A stretch of DNA of 64,000 nt. Origin: Minisyncoccota bacterium (GTDB lineage Bacteria; Patescibacteriota; Minisyncoccia; Phycocordibacterales; Phycocordibacteraceae). The first letter of the stretch is position 1. Every line of letters begins with the position of its first letter. The stretch lies in assembly GCA_035627595.1 (NCBI GenBank), contig DASPLK010000005.1, forward strand, positions 3,877 to 67,876, given 5' to 3'. Shown here piece by piece: positions 37,978 through 46,203 of the stretch. Position numbers and translations under genes: made by a program. The notes under the pieces were generated by a model that worked only from the letters and a program-made list of their open reading frames with translations, was not told the origin of the DNA and made no database searches.

Positions 37978-38935
37978 CGGTTCTACCGTCGCGTTCCATC
38001 TTCACCCGAGTCTCTTTGTATGAGAGTGTCGTATCGTCACGTACTTTCGTTGCAGTAACGGTCACTACAAGTCCGCAACTCACCTCTTCATTCCAGTACT
38101 GGTCAAATACAAAATTGCCGAGCGAATAGTATGCGCGCAACGTATCCATATCCTTCACAGAGCCAATTACATGTGGATGCGTTCCAATGACTAGGTTAGC
38201 GCCCGCATCCTTAAGCCGCGTAAGAAGTGCATCTATGCGCGGCGCAGGCTCCGTTGTGTACTCCTCACCCCAGTGCGCCATAACGACTATTAGATCCGCG
38301 CCGCTGCGTCTGGCGTCTCGTATTCCTTGCATCGTCCACTCCTCTTGCCATCCGAGGAATTCGTTATACCCGACGAATGCCGCCTTTATACCGTTCACCT
38401 CACGTACAACGGGTGCAATGTCTGCTCCGTTTGGGTCACCTATGTAGGCGATACCTGCATTTGTCAGATGGCGCTTTGTGCTTTCTACGCCTGATGCGCC
38501 GAAATCTCGCATATGATTGTTTCCAATCGAGACGAGATCAAATCCGAGCGACGAAAGCATGCTTGCTGAGGTCACGGGGAACGTGAAGCGCATATTATTC
38601 AGATCCCCTACTTTTGTACCCCCTGATACTGAGGCACTGTCTGTGATAGGTCCTTCAAGATTGCCCGCAGTCACATCCGCCTGTTCAAGGAGATCTCGAA
38701 CACCCCCAAAAACATGCATAGACCCTTTGGTCTGCAGCACTTGGCGTATGTACCTGTCGAGCATAATGTCGCCTACGAACACGAAGGTAGCGACCTGCTC
38801 TTCCGCGGGTTCTGCACTGGCGACCGACACATCAGAATGCTCCGCAATCGGGAACATGAAGAACAGAGATGCAAGGAGTACAGAGACTAATGGAACGGCA
38901 AGTATGGAGACTGCGTGCTCCTTGAAAAAGGTCAT
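37931..38935 (-). CDS. CapA (PGA_cap) family metallophosphoesterase-like protein
   Basis: VGDIMLDR, GNLEGP, GNNH..DFG, HWGEEY, GTHPHV, YSLGNFVFDQ. Confidence 0.9.
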   Translation of the reverse strand: MTFFKEHAVSILAVPLVSVLLASLFFMFPIAEHSDVSVASAEPAEEQVATFVFVGDIMLDRYIRQVLQTKGSMHVFGGVRDLLEQADVTAGNLEGPITDSASVSGGTKVGDLNNMRFTFPVTSASMLSSLGFDLVSIGNNHMRDFGASGVESTKRHLTNAGIAYIGDPNGADIAPVVREVNGIKAAFVGYNEFLGWQEEWTMQGIRDARRSGADLIVVMAHWGEEYTTEPAPRIDALLTRLKDAGANLVIGTHPHVIGSVKDMDTLRAYYSLGNFVFDQYWNEEVSCGLVVTVTATKVRDDTTLSYKETRVKMERDGRTVIGCETPSQTQDSPS

Positions 38936-39369
38936 AGGCGATGTCCGTACAGACGAAGTGCGCTCGGGAGCTGCGAGTGCAGGGGTTCAGGAAGTGCGTC
39001 AAGCGCAAACCATTGGATGTCATCAAACTTATGCGGTTCGCCATTTTGTACCTGAGCGCGATCTATACGCACCTTAAAATCAAGCGCTATCCAGTGTGTT
39101 TTCTCTCCCGCGTGTTCGCGATGCACATCGCGGTACCCGAGAAACTCGTACTCAAGCACGTCCGTGCAAAGCTCCTCCCGTATCTCCTTACGAAGGGTGT
39201 TCTCAACGGAGTCGTGAAGCTCGACCGCGCCAGCCCCGCCGTCCCAGGCACCGTGTTCATCACGACAGTTCGTGCTTCGCTTTTGAAGAAGATAGTTGCC
39301 TTCGCCGTCATGGCAGAGGTACGTAACGGTAATACCAATGTGATCGATTCCCTTTCTCATATGTGACAC
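38932..39369 (-). CDS. NUDIX hydrolase
   Basis: G.G.VE..DS.E..LRKEIREE Nudix box; NGEPHKFDDIQWF. Confidence 0.88.
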   Translation of the reverse strand: MSHMRKGIDHIGITVTYLCHDGEGNYLLQKRSTNCRDEHGAWDGGAGAVELHDSVENTLRKEIREELCTDVLEYEFLGYRDVHREHAGEKTHWIALDFKVRIDRAQVQNGEPHKFDDIQWFALDALPEPLHSQLPSALRLYGHRL

Positions 39370-39824
39370 GCTGCTTCGGGATGCTTTTCTGCATACCGCT
39401 GGTGGTATTCCTCAGCTCGCCAAAACGCAACCGCGGGTGTTACCTCTGTGGCGATGGGCGCCTGGTACTTAGGCGCAACTTCTTGTGCGACGCGCTCTGC
39501 AACCTCTCTTTGATTCTCGCTCGTATAAAAAATAGCTGAGCGGTATTGGGTGCCGACATCGGGCCCCTGTCTATTTACCTGCGTCGGGTCATGTATCTCA
39601 AAGAATCTCTGCACGAGCGACTCGTACGGAACGATGGAAGAATCGAAGAGCACATGTACCGCCTCGGCGTGTCCGGTCGCACCGGTGCACACCTGCTCGT
39701 ATGAAGGGTTCTCGCGTCTTCCGCCCGTATACCCGGACTCTACATCGATTACGCCAGGGACACTGCGAAAAGCCGCCTCCACTCCCCAGAAACACCCTGC
39801 TGCAAATACCGCTTCTTCCTGCAT
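39357..39824 (-). CDS. msrA: Methionine-S-sulfoxide reductase
   Basis: AAGCFWG, GYTGG, TGHAEAV, RQGPDVGTQYRS, AEEYHQRY. Confidence 0.97.
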   Translation of the reverse strand: MQEEAVFAAGCFWGVEAAFRSVPGVIDVESGYTGGRRENPSYEQVCTGATGHAEAVHVLFDSSIVPYESLVQRFFEIHDPTQVNRQGPDVGTQYRSAIFYTSENQREVAERVAQEVAPKYQAPIATEVTPAVAFWRAEEYHQRYAEKHPEAACHI

Positions 39825-39842
39825 GTAACCAGTATATCTCCC

Positions 39843-39992
39843 AGAAGGTTATAGGGGGTAGAGCGCCTTCCTCTTTGACAGCCTGCCGGACACCTCTCCC
39901 CATATCGGCAGGTATCTCCTGCCCGTATGGGGGGAGGAAGCAAGACGATGAGCGTCTTTGCGCGCGCTGGTCCCGCGCGTATAACGCCCTCC
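39843..39992. ncRNA. Candidate structured RNA (unassigned)
   Basis: 20-bp hairpin 39893-39937 plus alternative helices; see findings. Confidence 0.4.
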
Positions 39993-40006
39993 CCGATTAT
40001 CCACCC

Positions 40007-40228
40007 ATGCCATTCTTTCAGGCACTCGGGCTCGGGGTTGCAATCATCGTCTTGAAGCTTCTTACCCCCGTGCTCTTTTCCGAAATAGAAGCCACTGCCA
40101 TTCTTTTTCTGCGAGGCGCGCAGACCAGTGCTACAGCTGCCACAGAGCTCGCTGCTAGTGTCGGGCAAGTAAGGGTCGATAACGAGAGCCCTCTGGTACT
40201 GCCGCGCGCACCGCAGATACGCGAATAG
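40007..40228 (+). CDS. Small membrane protein
   Basis: MPFFQALGLGVAIIVLK; TATAAC upstream; terminator at 40230-40261. Confidence 0.6.
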   Translation: MPFFQALGLGVAIIVLKLLTPVLFSEIEATAILFLRGAQTSATAATELAASVGQVRVDNESPLVLPRAPQIRE

Positions 40229-40229
40229 C

Positions 40230-40261
40230 AAACGGGCCGGACACAATTGTCCGGCCCGTTT
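40230..40261. terminator. Bidirectional terminator
   Basis: AAACGGGCCGGACA-caat-TGTCCGGCCCGTTT. Confidence 0.8.
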
Positions 40262-40271
40262 CCATTAAGCA

Positions 40272-40640
40272 CTAGTCCTGCTTCTTTGCCAGGAAGCTGC
40301 TGCCGATGAGAAGAACGGCAAGACCGACATGGAGCCAGTGGTCTGCATGATTCATATGAACGATGCCCAGGAGTTCTCCCTCTTCCGGAATCATGAGGAA
40401 GCCGAGCACCGCCAGCACGAGATACACGATACCGAGTATCATGAGCCACAGCGCCGAGGCTGCTTCATTTTTGAATGCGACCACAAGGAGAATCACACCG
40501 AACAATAGGTGCACGAGATTGTGCATGAGGTCGGTCTCGAACAAGGCACCTTCAGGGCCTACGAGCGGGTTTGGCACGAAGCCAAGGAGGCCGACAAGTA
40601 CGAACATGGCACCAAATACAATTGCGAGCGTTTTAGCCAT
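40272..40640 (-). CDS. DUF4383 membrane protein
   Basis: VGLLGFVP, HNLVHLLFG, NHADHWLH. Confidence 0.85.
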   Translation of the reverse strand: MAKTLAIVFGAMFVLVGLLGFVPNPLVGPEGALFETDLMHNLVHLLFGVILLVVAFKNEAASALWLMILGIVYLVLAVLGFLMIPEEGELLGIVHMNHADHWLHVGLAVLLIGSSFLAKKQD

Positions 40641-40698
40641 ACAGAGGGTATCCGTTACTTTCTAAGGAATGCTCCGGAGCTAAGTATAGGCAGCGTCG

Positions 40699-41139
40699 CT
40701 AAATGCCAGATGAAGAGCCCTGGCCTCCTTTAAATGCGTTGGTTCCCTCCTTTTCCCGCTGATGTATCTCTTCCTCTGTAAGCCCAAAATAGTGGCCGAC
40801 CTCATGCCAGAGCGTCTCTGCGGTTACTCGGCGTATCGCCTCGTCAAATGTCTCTTCGCCATGCAGATCCTCCCGCGCCTCATCAAGAATGGGGAGACGA
40901 TAAAGCGTTATGGTATCCGGCAGGGTCATGCCGATCCCGTATCCCTCCCCGCGCTCAGTGTTTGGTATACCGCGGTATATGCCTAAGAGCGTTCCTTCTT
41001 CGACACCCTCCTCTACGAGCTCTGCGTCAGTCGGCGCATCTTCAACAAGAAGCGCCACATTCACAATCCGCTCTTTGTAAGGGGATGGGACGTTGTCCCA
41101 CATCTCATATGCAAGCTTGCTAAAGGCTTCGCTATCCAT
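40699..41139 (-). CDS. Zincin-like metallopeptidase (Zincin_1/DUF1025)
   Basis: LLGIYRGIP, PDTITLYR.PI, HEVGHYFG. Confidence 0.88.
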   Translation of the reverse strand: MDSEAFSKLAYEMWDNVPSPYKERIVNVALLVEDAPTDAELVEEGVEEGTLLGIYRGIPNTERGEGYGIGMTLPDTITLYRLPILDEAREDLHGEETFDEAIRRVTAETLWHEVGHYFGLTEEEIHQREKEGTNAFKGGQGSSSGI

Positions 41140-41196
41140 ACACGCGATTATTCCCCGTTTCGCCATTCTCGTCCACGCATGGTTTATACTTGGCGG

Positions 41197-41868
41197 ATGC
41201 GTATCAAAGCAGCACGGTTCGCGAAGTTTGGCGGCATCGCCATAACACTTGGCGTTCTCATCATCATTACGGTTTTCTTTGACCTCGAAGCGCTCCGCGA
41301 TCAGATTGCAAAAGCAGGTGTTTGGGCGCCACTCCTATTTATCCTTCTCAAGGCATCGACGGTTGTGGTTGCGCCGTTGTCTGGCGGACCTCTATACCCT
41401 CTTATCGGCGCATTCTTCGGGTTTGGGCCCGGCCTTGTATACGCCATCATTGGTGACTTTATCGGCTATACCATCGCCTTCTTCATCAGCCGTAAGCTCG
41501 GCTACCCGGTCGTACGCAAGTTCATCGAGAGTAACGAGCGCAGTCTTCTACCAAAGATCGTTAAGCACGTGGGCACGCCTGCCGGATTCTTTCAAGCATG
41601 CATCTCGCTTGGGTTCGTACCGGACCTCCTTTCTTATGGCGCCGGTCTTTCAAAGCTTCCCTATCCTATATTCATCAGTATCATCGCACCGCTATCTGCG
41701 GTTGTTTCTACTGTGCTTGTACTCCTTGGCGCATCCTTTGGCGACGGGGACTCTGCAGCACACTTCCTTATTGTTCCTGTAGTCGCCATTCTCTGTATGT
41801 CGGTAGGCGGATACTTCTTCTTGCGAGCAGTTACGAAGAAGGACCCTGCGGAACCCCCTACGCTTTAG
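41197..41868 (+). CDS. TVP38/TMEM64 (VTT/DedA-like) membrane protein
   Basis: GVWAPLLFILL, APLSG, G..FG, FFISRKLG, DLLSYGAGL. Confidence 0.85.
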   Translation: MRIKAARFAKFGGIAITLGVLIIITVFFDLEALRDQIAKAGVWAPLLFILLKASTVVVAPLSGGPLYPLIGAFFGFGPGLVYAIIGDFIGYTIAFFISRKLGYPVVRKFIESNERSLLPKIVKHVGTPAGFFQACISLGFVPDLLSYGAGLSKLPYPIFISIIAPLSAVVSTVLVLLGASFGDGDSAAHFLIVPVVAILCMSVGGYFFLRAVTKKDPAEPPTL

Positions 41869-42395
41869 GAAGCGAATGTCGTGAACGCAGCAAGCGCTTT
41901 GTCGATATGCGCGAGCGTGTCTTCATCTACGAACCTGCCGTCCTGAACCTTATCTTGTGCAAACCCGACATAGAACTCAGGTTGGCCTAGTACGCGCGCA
42001 TCGAGGTAGAGAAGAATCTTCTTAAGCTCATACTGCGCAAGTGCGGTGGAAATGTTTCCGACAGACGCGCCGGCGATAAAGACAGGCTTCCCGACCCAGG
42101 CATTGTCGCCATAAGGGCGGCTTGTCCAGTCTATAAAGTTCTTCAACGCTGCCGTCGTTGAGCGATTGTGCTCAGGTGTCACCAGGATGACTCCGTCTGC
42201 ATTACGAATATCAGCCTTCACGCGAGACACCTCCTCAGGGAATGAGACCTCAAGGTCTTGGTTGTAGAGCGGAAATTGGATATCTCCCAACACAAGTGTT
42301 GTATCTTCGGGTGCGCGGTCAACAAACGCGCGAGCAAGTGCGGTGTTGTATGAGTCCTTACGTAGGCTTCCGGAAAAAACTAGAAATGTACGCAT
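41865..42395 (-). CDS. NADPH-dependent FMN reductase
   Basis: GSLRKDSYN, ADGVILVTPEHN, LKNFIDWTSRP, GKPV. Confidence 0.92.
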   Translation of the reverse strand: MRTFLVFSGSLRKDSYNTALARAFVDRAPEDTTLVLGDIQFPLYNQDLEVSFPEEVSRVKADIRNADGVILVTPEHNRSTTAALKNFIDWTSRPYGDNAWVGKPVFIAGASVGNISTALAQYELKKILLYLDARVLGQPEFYVGFAQDKVQDGRFVDEDTLAHIDKALAAFTTFAS

Positions 42396-42453
42396 ATGTG
42401 TATAGTTAAGGTCTTTTAATACCACGTGCGTAATGAAGACTAAGTGTGCATAA

Positions 42454-42481
42454 CAAAAGCGCCCCAGTTGGGGCGCTTTTG
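42454..42481 (-). terminator. Terminator after DsbA-like gene
   Basis: CAAAAGCGCCCC-agtt-GGGGCGCTTTTG. Confidence 0.75.
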
Positions 42482-42500
42482 CAGAACCAGTGAACTTTAA

Positions 42501-43187
42501 CTAGAGCTCTGCTTCAATAGCGGCCTTCACTACATCATAAGGCTGTGCGCCGTTGATGAAGGTAGTACCCAGAATGGAGCCAGGAGTGCCCTGGATACCA
42601 AGCCTCACACCCTCCTCATAGTCTGCGTCGATAGCAGCCTGGTACTCGGCCTTCTTATCGTTCATCAAGCGCTCGACGCGATCAGCATCCACGCCTTCAA
42701 TAGCAGCTGCGAGAGCCTTTACGTTTGGAAGCGTCTCGTCAGTGATACCCGCGACTGCCGTGTGCCACGCATTGAAGTGCTCAGGATATGCCTCCCACAT
42801 AGCGCGACCGAAGAGTGCCGTATTAGTTGAGTCCGGGCCCTGGAACTGGAAGTCCTTGAGGACGATACGGACCTTGCCCGTGTCAACGTAATCGCGCTTA
42901 ACCTGCGATAGGGTTTCGGTCTCAAACGACTTGCAGAATGGGCACTGGTAGTCGTACCAGACCGCCATAGTTACAGGCGCGGTCGGGCTACCGATGTATG
43001 GCGACCCTGCGGTCGTTACATTTTTAATATCAACCTCCATCTGCTGCGGCGCCTCGCCGCCGAGATCTGCTGTACGTGGTGCACCATTACCACCGAAGTA
43101 GAACGCTCCGCCTAGGATGAGCGCGCCTACGACAATGGAAAGCTGCATTGAATATTTCTCCCAGAAACTAGTTCCCTTCTCGGTCAT
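42501..43187 (-). CDS. DsbA-family thiol-disulfide oxidoreductase
   Basis: N-terminal TM; GSPTAPVT, DYQCPFC, GIQGTP, GAQPY. Confidence 0.9.
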   Translation of the reverse strand: MTEKGTSFWEKYSMQLSIVVGALILGGAFYFGGNGAPRTADLGGEAPQQMEVDIKNVTTAGSPYIGSPTAPVTMAVWYDYQCPFCKSFETETLSQVKRDYVDTGKVRIVLKDFQFQGPDSTNTALFGRAMWEAYPEHFNAWHTAVAGITDETLPNVKALAAAIEGVDADRVERLMNDKKAEYQAAIDADYEEGVRLGIQGTPGSILGTTFINGAQPYDVVKAAIEAEL

Positions 43188-43258
43188 ACGTAAATGCGTA
43201 GATACTTAGTAGCAACCCTACTAGGATACCCCCTTGCCGCCCGTTCCCAAAGCGGGGA

Positions 43259-43684
43259 CTATGCGGCTTTCTTTGTGGTTTTGGTCGCTTTCTTTGCAGA
43301 TTTCTTAACGGCTTTCTTTGCGGTGCTCCCTGCCGAATCCAGCTCTCGTCCAAGCTCCTGCCAGTTCTTCTTTAATTCTTTCGCGGCAGCCTTAAGTTCC
43401 TGGGCATCCACGTTTCTTGCGCCGACATAAGCGGCTGCGGCAGTGTCTACGATCGCAGCAACTGAGTGCTTATCCAGCTTCTTGAGCTTTTTTGTCTCCT
43501 TTAGCACATCTGCCTTCATGCCCCGCGCCCACTTGGCAGCGGCAGCGCGATGTTTCTTCGCATCCTTTGCACCATAGAAGTAGTATGTCGCCGCTGCGGC
43601 GGCACCAGCAGCAACTATTCCCGCTCCTATTTCTGCGGCAATAATCGCATCTTTGTTCTTTGTACTTCCTTTCTTTGTTGCCAT
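43259..43684 (-). CDS. YtxH-like Lys/Ala-rich protein
   Basis: GAGIVAAGAAAAATYYFYG, then a helical K/A-rich region. Confidence 0.6.
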   Translation of the reverse strand: MATKKGSTKNKDAIIAAEIGAGIVAAGAAAAATYYFYGAKDAKKHRAAAAKWARGMKADVLKETKKLKKLDKHSVAAIVDTAAAAYVGARNVDAQELKAAAKELKKNWQELGRELDSAGSTAKKAVKKSAKKATKTTKKAA

Positions 43685-43703
43685 AAGTATTACGTTTTAC
43701 TCG

Positions 43704-43976
43704 CTACCGCAGATTCGTGATCAGACGCCTTCCTGCCTTTGTTACGAGCGAAAGAAGATTTCCCACTTTGAACCCTTCTATCCGCGCCTTCGCGCGCACA
43801 TCATCGATGTCGCTGATAATCGCCTTGGCCTCACCCTCCACGTCGCGCGCAATTCGTTCGAGAGTTCTCAGGAGCCGCACGACGTAAAAGAGCACGAGCG
43901 CAATAAGTGCGCCAATGACGATGACCACGATAGTCGTCACGATAAAGAAGATGTCCATCTGTAGAAATGCGTCCAT
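43704..43976 (-). CDS. Single-TM coiled-coil protein (DUF948/YtxG-like)
   Basis: DIFFIVTT TM followed by an amphipathic helix; adjacent to the YtxH-like gene. Confidence 0.6.
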   Translation of the reverse strand: MDAFLQMDIFFIVTTIVVIVIGALIALVLFYVVRLLRTLERIARDVEGEAKAIISDIDDVRAKARIEGFKVGNLLSLVTKAGRRLITNLR

Positions 43977-44032
43977 GTCTGCCGGCTAATGTTCGCAGTA
44001 TCGGCTGAAAGAGCTGTAGCACGCATGAATAG

Positions 44033-44065
44033 CAAAAGAGCGCTCCGTGTTGGAGCGCTCTTTTG
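44033..44065 (-). terminator. Helicase terminator
   Basis: CAAAAGAGCGCTCC-gtgtt-GGAGCGCTCTTTTG. Confidence 0.8.
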
Positions 44066-44073
44066 TTTTAGGC

Positions 44074-45372
44074 TTAACGCTTCTCGATGAACGTGAGCGC
44101 CTTGCCGGTCTTGCCCGCGCGGCCGGTACGGCCGATGCGGTGGGTATAGTCCTCGTACGTACCCGGGAGATCGAAGTTGATCACGTGGGATACGCCCGAG
44201 ATGTCGAGGCCGCGAGCCGCGACATCGGTCGCAACCAGCACCTGGACATGGTCAGCCTTGAAGAGGCTAAGTGCCTTCTGGCGCTTACCATGGGTCTTAT
44301 CGCCATGGATGCTTTCTGCCTTCACACCTGCACGCATGAGGTCCTTAGTGAGACGCTCGACGCCATGCTTGGTGCGTCCGAAGACAAGCACCTTATCGAA
44401 CTCAGGGTTCTTCAGAAGGTCCACGAGAGTCGTGAACTTCTGCTCAGAGCCGTTACAGTAGACGACGTCCTGATCGATGGTTGCCGCGGTCTCCCGGGTC
44501 TTAACCATGATGCGGACTGGGTCCTTAAGGAAGTCGCCGATGAGGCGCTCGATATCGCGCGACATGGTCGCGGTGAAGAAGAGCGTCTGGCGATCCTTGG
44601 ACATCTTGCCGACGATGAAGCGCATGTCTGGGATGAATCCCATATCGAGCATGCGGTCTGCCTCATCGAGAACGAGTGTCTCGAAGTCTGCAAAGTTGAG
44701 CTCGCGACGCTCCTCAAGGTCCTTCAAACGTCCCGGCGTACCGATGACAAATGCAGGCTTGCGACGTAGCTGGCGGATCTGCGGCTCAAGGCCTGCGCCA
44801 CCCACACAGACGACTGCGGAGATACCGAGACGCTTAGCGAATCCGTAGAACTCGGCCTCGATCTGGATAGCGAGCTCGCGGGTCGGTGCCATGATAAGGA
44901 TACGCTCATCCTTCCCAAGCGCGCGCATCTTCAATACCTTGTCGATGAGCGGAATAAGGAAGGACGCGGTCTTTCCGGTACCGGTGTTTGCGATACCGAC
45001 GACATCCTTACCCTGGAGCACCTCCGGAATAGACTGGTCCTGGATCGGAGTCGGGGTCATGTATCCCTTGCCGAGTATGTTCTCCTTCAGCTGGCTGTCG
45101 ATCTTGAAGTCAGCAAAGGTGTGCACCGGAGCGTACACCTCCACCTCCTGCTGAGGCTGAGCCTTGTTAATGAGCATCGAAATATCGACGTTCATTTCCT
45201 GATAGTTGCGCTTGCCACGAGAGTTGCCTCCCGAGCGAGGTGCGCCTCCTCCGCCTGAACGGCGAGGAGAGGAGCTGCCTCCGCCCTTGCGGCGGCGCTG
45301 GCCCTCAGGAAGAGGACCCTTGTAGTGACGAGGCGGACGTGCGTCCGTACGTCGGATATATGTTATAGCCAT
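44074..45372 (-). CDS. DEAD-box RNA helicase (RhlE-like)
   Basis: PTPIQ, TGTGKT, PTRELA, TPGR, DEAD, HGDK, ARGLD, HRIGRTGR; likely start ATG 45372. Confidence 0.95.
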   Translation of the reverse strand: MAITYIRRTDARPPRHYKGPLPEGQRRRKGGGSSSPRRSGGGGAPRSGGNSRGKRNYQEMNVDISMLINKAQPQQEVEVYAPVHTFADFKIDSQLKENILGKGYMTPTPIQDQSIPEVLQGKDVVGIANTGTGKTASFLIPLIDKVLKMRALGKDERILIMAPTRELAIQIEAEFYGFAKRLGISAVVCVGGAGLEPQIRQLRRKPAFVIGTPGRLKDLEERRELNFADFETLVLDEADRMLDMGFIPDMRFIVGKMSKDRQTLFFTATMSRDIERLIGDFLKDPVRIMVKTRETAATIDQDVVYCNGSEQKFTTLVDLLKNPEFDKVLVFGRTKHGVERLTKDLMRAGVKAESIHGDKTHGKRQKALSLFKADHVQVLVATDVAARGLDISGVSHVINFDLPGTYEDYTHRIGRTGRAGKTGKALTFIEKR

Positions 45373-45558
45373 ATTGATTCTTTCGTTGAAACGTCCGCAG
45401 AGGGGCGCGATCGTATGATGTAATTCCCCAGTCTCGAGAGTTTCGAACATTTCCTCTAGAACACTTTCTGCGTTCGGTCCCGAGATACTCTCAAGACGGC
45501 AAACTTTTGGAGGACTGTGGTAGCTAAAATATAGCACAAACCTTATATATGCGCAAGT

Positions 45559-45591
45559 AGCAATGAACCCCGCATCGCGGGGTTCATTGCT
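45559..45591. terminator. 15-bp inverted repeat/terminator
   Basis: AGCAATGAACCCCGC-atc-GCGGGGTTCATTGCT. Confidence 0.65.
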
Positions 45592-45608
45592 GTCGTCTGA
45601 TGCGGAGC

Positions 45609-45908
45609 TTAGGAGTTTCTCTTTCTTGTCTTGGCCGCTTTCTGTGCGGAGGCTTTCCGTGCTGCTTTGGGTCGTGCTGCTGATGCCTTGCCTCCCTTTA
45701 CTCCGCCCTTCTTGGATGGGGATGTGTCCTTTTTCTGTCCGCGGCCGGAGCCGCTCTTCTTTCCGCCTTTGTCCTGTTTGTTTACCGTAGCCCACGCGCG
45801 TGCCTCTGCTTCTTTTTCGGGCACGCCGCGCTTCTCGTAGCCTTCTTCGATATGCTCAGCCTGGCGCTTTTGCTTATCGGTGTAGGCTGATTTGTCGCCA
45901 CGGGGCAT
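45609..45908 (-). CDS. Basic hydrophilic protein (family commonly labelled 'plasmid stabilization protein')
   Basis: MPRGDKSAYTDKQKRQAEHIEEGY...RAWATVNK. Confidence 0.8.
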   Translation of the reverse strand: MPRGDKSAYTDKQKRQAEHIEEGYEKRGVPEKEAEARAWATVNKQDKGGKKSGSGRGQKKDTSPSKKGGVKGGKASAARPKAARKASAQKAAKTRKRNS

Positions 45909-45914
45909 AGGACG

Positions 45915-46067
45915 TTAGGCTACCGGGTTCCTGCCCTGGATGAGGCGAACGAGGAACATAATGACGGCTACCACGAGGAGGAGGTGGATGAATCCGCCGA
46001 GGGTGTAGCTCGTCACGAGGCCAATGGCCCAGAGAACAAGCAATAGAATTGCAATGGTTGCTAGCAT
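45915..46067 (-). CDS. lmo0937 (DUF5670) family small membrane protein, 50 aa (not in ORF track)
   Basis: Manual translation MLATIAILLLVLWAIGLVTSYTLGGFIHLLLVVAVIMFLVRLIQGRNPVA. Confidence 0.88.
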   Translation of the reverse strand: MLATIAILLLVLWAIGLVTSYTLGGFIHLLLVVAVIMFLVRLIQGRNPVA

Positions 46068-46203
46068 AGCGATTTCTTATCCGGATAATCCTTCCGCAAG
46101 CGATGGCCTACGGAATACAAAAGTTAAGACGCTGGGTATTACCGGTTCTTACGAAAAAACGGCTTACCTAAGCCGTCTTTTCATGAGTACTTTATGAAGC
46201 AAT

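Noticed and set aside
39905-39945. SRP RNA-like CAGG...GGAAGCA
   Set aside because: Spacing and the GNRA-capped helix of SRP domain IV do not fit
45373-45795. N-terminal extension of the helicase ORF to 45795
   Set aside because: It crosses a terminator, a promoter and another gene; the true start is likely 45372
45609-45908. Toxin-antitoxin or plasmid function implied by the 'plasmid stabilization protein' label
   Set aside because: No ParE/RelE features or antitoxin partner; it looks like a hydrophilic stress protein
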